64,000 bases of DNA, from assembly GCA_934476455.1 (NCBI GenBank), contig CAKSNY010000001.1, forward strand, positions 87,673 through 151,672. Direction: 5' to 3'. The stretch comes from an uncultured Clostridia bacterium. GTDB lineage: Bacteria; Bacillota; Clostridia; UMGS1883. Every line of letters begins with the position of its first letter. The first letter of the stretch is position 1. Both the position numbers and the translations under genes were made by a program. Shown one piece after another: positions 56,007 to 64,000 of the stretch. The notes below the pieces were generated by a model, which did no database searches, was not told where the DNA came from, and saw only the letters and a list, made by a program, of their open reading frames with translations.

Positions 56007-57338
56007 ATGGAAACAATAAATATGATTGACAACGAGCATCTTGATATACGTACAATTACAATGGGTATATCTTTGCTTGACTGCATAAGCCAGGATTCGG
56101 AGCGGGGCGCCCAAATGGTTTATGACAAGGTTGTACGCCTTGCCAAAAACCTTGTTCCCGTAGGAGAGCAGATTGAAAAAGAATTTGGGATACCGATTAT
56201 AAATAAGCGAATATCCGTTACGCCGATTTCAATAGTTGCACAGGCGTGCGGAGATTATGTAAAATTTGCAAAGGCGCTTGACCGTGCAGCCGATGAAACA
56301 GGTGTAAACTTCATCGGTGGGTACAGCGCTCTTGTCCCGAAGGGCTACACAAAAGGAGAGTATGAGTTTATAGAGTCCATTCCGGAGGCTCTTTGCAGCA
56401 CAAATAAAATCTGTTCAAGCGTGAACGTGGGTTCTACCAAAGCCGGAATTTCCATGGATGCGGTTGCACATATGGGTCGTATAATAAAAAGCACGGCAGA
56501 GCTTTCGGCAAATGAAGATGGGTTTGCCTGTGCAAAACTTGTAGTATTTTCAAACGCTGTGGAGGATAACCCGTTTATGGCAGGCGCTTTTCACGGTACA
56601 GGCGAGGGAGAATGTGTTATAAATGTGGGTGTAAGCGGACCGGGCGTTGTGAAGAAGGCGCTTGAAAAGGTAAAGGGAGAGGATTTCGGAACAGTTGCCG
56701 ATACAATAAAGAAAACAGCATTTAAAATAACAAGAATGGGGCAGCTTGTTGCAACGGAAGCTGCAAAAAGGCTTGATGCGCAGTTCGGAATAGTGGATTT
56801 ATCGCTTGCACCAACGCCCGCAATCGGCGACAGTGTGGCGCACATACTTGAAGAAATCGGCGTTGAAAAATGCGGTGCGCCCGGAACAACGGCGGCGCTT
56901 GCACTTCTTAATGACGCTGTTAAAAAAGGCGGCGTAATGGCGTCGTCATATGTCGGCGGGTTAAGCGGCGCATTTATTCCTGTAAGCGAGGACGCCGGTA
57001 TGATTGACGCGGTACGGTGCGGTGCGCTTTCGCTGGAAAAGCTGGAGGCGATGACCTGCGTATGCTCTGTCGGCATAGATATGGTAGTTGTGCCGGGGGA
57101 TACCTCTGCAGAAACGATTTCGGGAATACTTGCAGATGAGGTTTCAATCGGCGTTATAAATACTAAAACAACGGCTTTAAGAATTATACCTGCACCAGGG
57201 AAAAAGGTGGGCGATACGGTTGAGTTCGGCGGACTTTTGGGAAGCGGTCCGGTAATGCCTGTAAGCAGCTTCGGGTGCGAAAGATTTATTGCACGCGGCG
57301 GAAGAATACCCGCACCGATGCACAGCCTTAAAAACTGA
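56007..57338 (+). CDS. UPF0210 (DUF711) family protein.
   Basis: [26 protein letters not shown] is the typical UPF0210 N-terminus. It is adjacent to the ACT partner. Confidence 0.75.
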   Translation: METINMIDNEHLDIRTITMGISLLDCISQDSERGAQMVYDKVVRLAKNLVPVGEQIEKEFGIPIINKRISVTPISIVAQACGDYVKFAKALDRAADETGVNFIGGYSALVPKGYTKGEYEFIESIPEALCSTNKICSSVNVGSTKAGISMDAVAHMGRIIKSTAELSANEDGFACAKLVVFSNAVEDNPFMAGAFHGTGEGECVINVGVSGPGVVKKALEKVKGEDFGTVADTIKKTAFKITRMGQLVATEAAKRLDAQFGIVDLSLAPTPAIGDSVAHILEEIGVEKCGAPGTTAALALLNDAVKKGGVMASSYVGGLSGAFIPVSEDAGMIDAVRCGALSLEKLEAMTCVCSVGIDMVVVPGDTSAETISGILADEVSIGVINTKTTALRIIPAPGKKVGDTVEFGGLLGSGPVMPVSSFGCERFIARGGRIPAPMHSLKN

Positions 57339-57430
57339 TGAGCGTGTCGATAAAACCGACACGCTTCAAGCCGAAAGCTCGCTTTCGGAGCTTTTGCTCG
57401 CGCGGCTATCCGCGCCAGCCCTTGCAGTGA

Positions 57431-57472
57431 GCGGTTTTTGCGGTACGCGCCCGCGAAAACCGCGGTTTTTTT
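57431..57472 (+). terminator. Rho-independent terminator after the UPF0210 gene.
   Basis: gcggtttttgcg...cgcgaaaaccgc stem followed by GGTTTTTTT. Two smaller hairpins precede it at 57373-57394 and 57400-57416. Confidence 0.6.
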
Positions 57473-57618
57473 CGTCAGAGGGGAAATCCCATCTGACAAC
57501 TCCACAAGTTCTCGATTTTCAGTTTTTTTGACAGTCTGATACGACAAATGTATTTTTGTCGTATTTTCTTTTTTTACAGCTTATTTGTAAAAAAAATACA
57601 TTATATGGTAAAAAATGG

Positions 57619-57647
57619 TTGACAAATACCAAGATATGGATTATAAT
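57619..57647 (+). promoter_or_regulatory. Perfect consensus sigma-A promoter: TTGACA, 17 bp, TATAAT.
   Basis: -35 at 57619-57624, -10 at 57642-57647, 37 nt upstream of GTG 57685. Confidence 0.6.
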
Positions 57648-57684
57648 GTAAAAAAGTGGGAGAGCGAAAGGGGCAATATATAAA

Positions 57685-57918
57685 GTGAAAACATCGATTA
57701 TTGACGAAAACGGAATGTTAACACTGCCGGATGAATGTATAAAGGCATGGGGGCTCGGCGCCGGCAGCAGACTTTGTATACAAATGCAGAACAACTCTTT
57801 GACTGTTAGACCGGAAAAGGACATTTGCACAATATGCGGCTCCGATAATACAATAGAGGGCTTTGCGGTGTGCAAAAAATGCTCGAAAATTATATATGAC
57901 AGGAGGATAAACATATGA
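57685..57918 (+). CDS. Small AbrB/MazE-fold (SpoVT-AbrB) protein with a C-terminal CxxC-x13-CxxC zinc ribbon.
   Basis: GTG start, with RBS GAAAGGGG. ENGMLTLPDECIKAWGLGAGSRLCIQMQNNSLTVRP is a swapped-hairpin-like segment. The C-terminus is CTICGS...CKKCSK. Confidence 0.55.
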   Translation: MKTSIIDENGMLTLPDECIKAWGLGAGSRLCIQMQNNSLTVRPEKDICTICGSDNTIEGFAVCKKCSKIIYDRRINI

Positions 57919-58160
57919 TCCGTAAATTGGATGAATTGGGAAGAGTGGCAATTCCGCAGGAATATTGCGAGAAGCTTGGGATAAAGTATAATGATAAAAT
58001 TGATATTATATTTGAAAATAATGTGCTTATCCTGAAAAAAGCCGCAGATACATGCGTTTATTGCGGAAAAGAAGATATTATACAGGGATTATCACTTTAC
58101 GGAAAGCATATATGCAAGGATTGCTGCAAAAAGCTTTCCGACATTTATTTAAGCTTGTAA
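57915..58160 (+). CDS. Small AbrB-family protein with a C-terminal CxxC-x15-CxxC zinc ribbon, overlapping the upstream paralog by 4 nt.
   Basis: MIRKLDELGRVAIPQEYCEKLGIKYNDKIDIIFENNVLILKK is AbrB-N-like. The C-terminus is CVYCGK...CKDCCKK. ATGA overlap with the preceding gene. Confidence 0.65.
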   Translation: MIRKLDELGRVAIPQEYCEKLGIKYNDKIDIIFENNVLILKKAADTCVYCGKEDIIQGLSLYGKHICKDCCKKLSDIYLSL

Positions 58161-58817
58161 ATAAACATTTTTGATTCCGCTTTTATCGGCGATTGCCAAA
58201 AACAGTTCTTTTGCGTTTTTTATACCCTGCTTTGCAAGCTCGGCATTGAGCCAGCCTTCGGTTTTGTCTATTGCACCGAGCATATGGAGGTTAATTTTGC
58301 CGTCAATTACAACGGGTACGCAAATTGTGCATTGCTGCGGTGCAAGGTTCATATCATCGGGGTTTAACGGACGATACTTTTCGTACGGAAGAAAGCTTAC
58401 CGTTCCGTTTTCCTCCATAATAGCGGAGCGCAGAAGCGATATATCGTAGAAACCTGCTATGCGGGCAAGCATCAAAAATTCGTTAAGGTCGATGCGCGCA
58501 CGGCGAAGTGCCCTTGGGATAAGCTTGCCCTTATCCATAAGAATTATGGGCATGCCGGCAAGTATTTTCCGCATAGGAATACTTTTTTGCGTAACATATG
58601 AAATAATTACCGACAAAGAAGCATAAACCGCCATGGCTATAATTCCGCGCAGCGGGCTTCTGTCAAGGTTTGTTGCCATTTCGGCAGCTATCGAGCCTAT
58701 AGTAATTCCGTTCAGGTAGTCAAACATATTCATTTGTGAAATCTGTTTTTCGCCCATAAACTTAATCAAAAGAAATAACACAACGGCGGAAAGAAGCGAA
58801 TAAAAAAATACTTTCAT
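58149..58817 (-). CDS. DUF421 (YetF/YdfS-like) membrane protein.
   Basis: Start taken at MKVFFYSLLSAVVLFLLIKFMGEKQISQMNMFDYL, typical of DUF421. It converges on the AbrB-Zn gene, with 12 nt of overlap. Confidence 0.6.
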   Translation of the reverse strand: MKVFFYSLLSAVVLFLLIKFMGEKQISQMNMFDYLNGITIGSIAAEMATNLDRSPLRGIIAMAVYASLSVIISYVTQKSIPMRKILAGMPIILMDKGKLIPRALRRARIDLNEFLMLARIAGFYDISLLRSAIMEENGTVSFLPYEKYRPLNPDDMNLAPQQCTICVPVVIDGKINLHMLGAIDKTEGWLNAELAKQGIKNAKELFLAIADKSGIKNVYLQA

Positions 58818-58874
58818 AAAAAAACCTCCCTCGGTATTATCTGCCGAGAGAGATTTTTTATACAAAATAATGCT

Positions 58875-59504
58875 TTATTCAGTGCCGAAAAGCCTGTCGC
58901 CCGCATCGCCGAGTCCCGGGAGTATGTATCCCTTTTCATTAAGCTTGTCATCCATTACACCGAGGTAAACGTGAACGTCAGGGTGCGTTGTAAGAACCTT
59001 GTCGACACCCTCTTTAACGCCGACAATACTTAAAACCTTAATATTCTTTGCGCCTTTTTCCTTAAGAAGCGTAACTGCGGCAGCCAGTGAGCCGCCCGTG
59101 GCAAGCATGGGATCAAGAACAAAAACCGTTCTTTCCCCGATGTCTGCCGGAAGATTGCAGTAGTACTGCTCCGGCTCAAGCGTTTCGTGGTTTCGGCACA
59201 TTCCTATATGACCGATTTTTGATGACGGGAGGATTTTAAGCATACCGTCAACCATACCGAGCCCGGCTCTTAAAATAGGAACAATAACGGGCTTGTCCGT
59301 AGTAATCATACGGCACTTTGCCGTCATAAGAGGTGTTGGCACGTCGACATCATTTGTCTTCATATCGCGTGTTGCTTCATAGCAGATGAGCATGGCGATT
59401 TCACTTACAAGCTCACGAAATGCCTTGCCATCGGTATTTTGGTGGCGCAGAAGCCCCAGCTTGTGAGAGATAAGAGGATGATCCATAATTGTCAGGTTGT
59501 TCAT
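58875..59504 (-). CDS. upp: Uracil phosphoribosyltransferase.
   Basis: MNNLTIMDHPLISHKLGLLRHQNTDGKAFRELVSEIAMLICYEATRD is the canonical Upp sequence. Confidence 0.92.
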   Translation of the reverse strand: MNNLTIMDHPLISHKLGLLRHQNTDGKAFRELVSEIAMLICYEATRDMKTNDVDVPTPLMTAKCRMITTDKPVIVPILRAGLGMVDGMLKILPSSKIGHIGMCRNHETLEPEQYYCNLPADIGERTVFVLDPMLATGGSLAAAVTLLKEKGAKNIKVLSIVGVKEGVDKVLTTHPDVHVYLGVMDDKLNEKGYILPGLGDAGDRLFGTE

Positions 59505-59610
59505 TTCTTTTTCTCCAATCTTTTTTGTTTTAAACGAATGTAATACGGCTATTGAACTCTCTCAACATCCGATTAAACATTATACTACAAAAAAAACATT
59601 TTGTCTACAT

Positions 59611-59964
59611 TTATTTAAGCTTCGGCTTTGAAATAAGTGATGCGATAAATGCAAACAGCATTACTGCGCTGATTCCGCCCGCGGTTGCGGAAAGTCCGCC
59701 CGTAAATATTCCCAGAAAGCCTTTTTCGCCGATTGCCTTTTTCACGCCTTCAAAAAGAGAATATCCAAACCCCGAAAGGGGAACACTTGCCCCGGCTCCG
59801 GCAAAATCCACAATTTTACCGTACACGCCTATAAGCGATAACAATACGCCGCTGCATACATAGCCGGTAAGAAGCCTTGCGGGGGTAAGCGATGTTTTAT
59901 CTATTATAATCTGCCCGATTGCACACAAAATTCCACCTGTGATAAATGCGCGTAAATATTCCAT
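59611..59964 (-). CDS. spoVAEB: Stage V sporulation protein AE-B-like small membrane protein.
   Basis: MEYLRAFITGGILCAIGQIIIDKTSLTPARLL...FAGAGASVPLSGFGYSL...GIFTGG is near-collinear with B. subtilis SpoVAEB. RBS GGAGG. Confidence 0.75.
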   Translation of the reverse strand: MEYLRAFITGGILCAIGQIIIDKTSLTPARLLTGYVCSGVLLSLIGVYGKIVDFAGAGASVPLSGFGYSLFEGVKKAIGEKGFLGIFTGGLSATAGGISAVMLFAFIASLISKPKLK

Positions 59965-59983
59965 AACAAATCCTCCGTTTCTG

Positions 59984-60035
59984 AATAAAAAATCACCGCA
60001 GTAAAATATCTGCTGTAGGTATTTTACCGCGGTGA
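59984..60035 (-). terminator. Rho-independent terminator after the AraC-family gene (minus strand).
   Basis: A 16-bp stem (tcaccgcagtaaaata / tattttaccgcggtga, one mismatch) followed on the minus strand by TTTTTTATTC. Confidence 0.6.
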
Positions 60036-60046
60036 ATAAAATTTAT

Positions 60047-61779
<1,733 letters not shown>

Positions 61780-61800
61780 TAAATTTTAGGAGGAATATTT

Positions 61801-62355
61801 ATGAAAAACGATTATCCCGAACTTAGTGCAAAACTTGAAAAAGCGGTAAATTTTTTTCTGGATGAGTTAGACTCTATCCGCGCGGGAAGAGCAAATACGG
61901 CGGTGCTTAACAAGGTATCGGTGGATTATTACGGAAGTATGTCGCCGGTGTCACAGGTTGCGTCGGTATCTACGCCCGATGCGCGCACAATAGTTATACA
62001 GCCGTGGGACGCGTCGTTGGTAAAGGCGATTGAAAAGGCTATTCTTGCTTCGGATATAGGCATCAACCCTCAAAACGACGGAAAGAGCATACGTCTTAAC
62101 TTCCCCGTTCCGACGGAGGACAGACGTAAAGAGCTTGCAAAAAGTGTTTCCAAAAAAGCGGAGGACTGCAAGGTAGTTGTTCGCGGACTGCGCCGCGATG
62201 AAATAGAACGCTTTAAGGCTATGAAAAAGAAAAGCGAGATAACAGAGGACGATTTAAAGAGTATAGAAAAGGAAATACAGGATATTATCGATTTGCAAAT
62301 AAAAGAAATTGATAAATATGCGGAGAAAAAGAACAAAGAAATTATGGAAATCTGA
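61801..62355 (+). CDS. frr: Ribosome recycling factor.
   Basis: The 184-aa RRF sequence follows pyrH. RBS AGGAGG. Confidence 0.9.
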   Translation: MKNDYPELSAKLEKAVNFFLDELDSIRAGRANTAVLNKVSVDYYGSMSPVSQVASVSTPDARTIVIQPWDASLVKAIEKAILASDIGINPQNDGKSIRLNFPVPTEDRRKELAKSVSKKAEDCKVVVRGLRRDEIERFKAMKKKSEITEDDLKSIEKEIQDIIDLQIKEIDKYAEKKNKEIMEI

Positions 62356-62357
62356 CG

Positions 62358-63116
62358 GTGCATATGTTTAATTTTAAAAAATTTTCAAAAAAGAATACCG
62401 ATGCGGATATAGATTATAATAATTTGCCCGTGCATATCGGAATTATTATGGACGGTAACGGTCGCTGGGCAAAGAAAAGGGCGCTTCCGCGCAGCAGCGG
62501 TCATGCCGCCGGTGCCAAAACATTTGAAAAGATAGTTGAGGACGCCGGCAATATTGGTATTAAATATGTAACCGTGTATGCTTTTTCAACGGAAAACTGG
62601 AAGCGCCCGAAGCAGGAGGTTGACGCCCTTATGAACCTGCTTGAGGATTATTTGGACAATGGTCTGGCAAGGCTTGCGGGGCGAAACGTGAAAATTCATT
62701 TTATAGGCGATGAAACCGTTTTTTCGGACGAAATGCAAAAAAAGCTTGTACATATGGAAAGGGAAACAGACAAAAATACCGGTTTGGTATTAAACGTTGC
62801 CCTTAATTACGGCGGGAGAAACGAGCTTGTAAACGCCGTAAAGAAAATTGCCGATAACGCCGCACGCGGTGAGGTAGCGCCTGAGGATATTGATGAAGAA
62901 TATGTGCAAAAATTTCTTTACACGGCGGGTCAGCCTGACCCGGACTTGATTATCCGCCCGAGCGGCGAGTATAGGCTTAGTAACTTTTTGATGTGGCAAA
63001 GTGCTTACAGTGAGCTGTGGTTTTCAAACTGCCTGTGGCCTGATTTTACAAAAAAAGATCTTCTTGGGGCTATAAAGGATTATCAAAATCGCAGCCGAAG
63101 ATTCGGCGGAGTATAA
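62358..63116 (+). CDS. uppS: Undecaprenyl diphosphate synthase (cis-isoprenyl transferase).
   Basis: HIGIIMDGNGRWAKKRALPRSSGH and the RxG motif are present. Confidence 0.9.
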   Translation: MHMFNFKKFSKKNTDADIDYNNLPVHIGIIMDGNGRWAKKRALPRSSGHAAGAKTFEKIVEDAGNIGIKYVTVYAFSTENWKRPKQEVDALMNLLEDYLDNGLARLAGRNVKIHFIGDETVFSDEMQKKLVHMERETDKNTGLVLNVALNYGGRNELVNAVKKIADNAARGEVAPEDIDEEYVQKFLYTAGQPDPDLIIRPSGEYRLSNFLMWQSAYSELWFSNCLWPDFTKKDLLGAIKDYQNRSRRFGGV

Positions 63117-63169
63117 AAAACAAATCCGCGCGGCGAACTTTTGAGCTGCGCGGCGAAACGGAGATTGCT

Positions 63170-63970
63170 ATGAAACAAAGATTGTTAAGTGCGTTTTTCG
63201 GAATATTGCTGTTTGCAGCGGTTATGGCTCTGGGAACTGGCGTTTTTGACGCTGCGGTGCTTATTATAACGGAAATTGCAATTTATGAGATTACCGCTGC
63301 CGTCGGCGCAGATAAGAAATGTGCGGCTAAATATATTTCGTATATGCTCCCTGTTTTTTTGTTGATTGATGTCAATTTATCAAATGGTAAAAATATGGGC
63401 GTTATTGCATTTTTATACTTGGCTGTTCTTATGACGGCAATGCTTATTGACCGTAAAAATACGAGCTTTGACACTGTTTGCAGATATTTTACCATAGTGT
63501 TGTACGTAAGTATCGCTTTTTCGTATGTTTCGCTTACGCGGCACATGGGGCTTTTCAGTACGATGATAATATTTATCGGCTGCTGGGTGACCGACAGTTT
63601 TGCGTATTTTGCAGGTGTTTTTTTCGGGAAGCATAAGCTTGCGCCTGTTATCAGCCCGAAAAAAACCGTTGAGGGTTCAATCGGCGGAATTTTGGGCGTA
63701 ACGGCGGTTACAATGGCATATGCCGCCCTGTTGTCTAATATATTTGGTTATGAGGCTAATCTTTTCAATGCGGCGATTATGGGCGCAGTATGCGGCGTTG
63801 TGTCGCAATTGGGCGATTTGTGTGCCTCGGTAATAAAAAGAGAGCATAAAATTAAGGATTACGGTAATATTATGCCGGGACACGGCGGTGTTATGGACAG
63901 ATTTGACAGCATAATTTTTGTTGCTCCGGCAGTATATTATCTTATGAGTGTGCTGCCTGTTTGCGTCTGA
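63170..63970 (+). CDS. cdsA: Phosphatidate cytidylyltransferase.
   Basis: Polytopic membrane protein. The C-terminal CTP-transferase signature is SVIKREHKIKDYGNIMPGHGGVMDRFDS. Confidence 0.88.
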   Translation: MKQRLLSAFFGILLFAAVMALGTGVFDAAVLIITEIAIYEITAAVGADKKCAAKYISYMLPVFLLIDVNLSNGKNMGVIAFLYLAVLMTAMLIDRKNTSFDTVCRYFTIVLYVSIAFSYVSLTRHMGLFSTMIIFIGCWVTDSFAYFAGVFFGKHKLAPVISPKKTVEGSIGGILGVTAVTMAYAALLSNIFGYEANLFNAAIMGAVCGVVSQLGDLCASVIKREHKIKDYGNIMPGHGGVMDRFDSIIFVAPAVYYLMSVLPVCV

Positions 63971-63981
63971 GAGGTAGGAAT

Positions 63982-64000
63982 ATGCAAAAGAAAAAAATAG
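63982..64000 (+). CDS. 5' end of the next gene (possibly dxr or rseP by synteny), truncated by the window.
   Basis: ATG at 63982 preceded by GAGGTAGG. Only 6 codons are visible. Confidence 0.2.

Noticed and set aside
56591-57547. 318-aa minus-strand ORF.
   Set aside because: It is antisense to the UPF0210 gene. It is Ala/Pro/Ser-rich, a typical GC-rich shadow frame.

Overview
This 64-kb window reads as a chromosomal segment from a spore-forming, low-GC Gram-positive bacterium (Clostridia-like). The evidence is: spoIIGA-sigE, spmA/spmB, spoVAEB, SLH-domain proteins, and the origin-proximal synteny yybS-gdpP-rplI-dnaB followed by tilS-hpt-ftsH. No rRNA, tRNA, CRISPR array, transposase or integrase was recognised.

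The first half (about 1.3-32.8 kb) is a Gram-positive-type polysaccharide utilisation locus. Its parts are:
- a membrane-anchored AraC-family sensor/regulator;
- two paralogous secreted heparinase II/III-like enzymes (polysaccharide-lyase-like) with different C-terminal accessory domains;
- an LplABC-type sugar ABC importer (two permeases plus a lipoprotein solute-binding protein, with no ATPase in the locus);
- three paralogous secreted LamG (concanavalin-like) proteins, one carrying a novel triplicated repeat of about 90 aa;
- two co-transcribed S-layer-homology (SLH) surface proteins;
- a cytoplasmic enzyme set: GH20-like, GH31, GH39-like, a D-2-hydroxyacid dehydrogenase and a DUF4091-like protein.
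A direct-repeat TGTACA(Y)T motif pair at about 20-bp spacing lies upstream of both the regulator gene and the transporter operon, and is a candidate operator.

The second half is mostly housekeeping and sporulation genes: mgtC, an SGNH hydrolase, NUDIX, yybS, gdpP, rplI, dnaB, tilS, hpt, ftsH, a MATE efflux gene broken by a -1 frameshift in a G5 tract, pckA, spoIIGA-sigE, rubrerythrin, lon-engB, spmAB, upp, spoVAEB, an AraC regulator, and pyrH-frr-uppS-cdsA.

Notable oddities:
- a 511-aa protein with no recognisable domain, carrying its own consensus sigma-A promoter and terminator, sits where sigG usually follows sigE;
- three small paralogous proteins fuse an AbrB-type N-domain to a C-terminal CxxC...CxxC zinc ribbon, and two of them form an operon behind a perfect consensus promoter.

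All calls come from reading the ORF translations and the DNA by eye. No database search was run.
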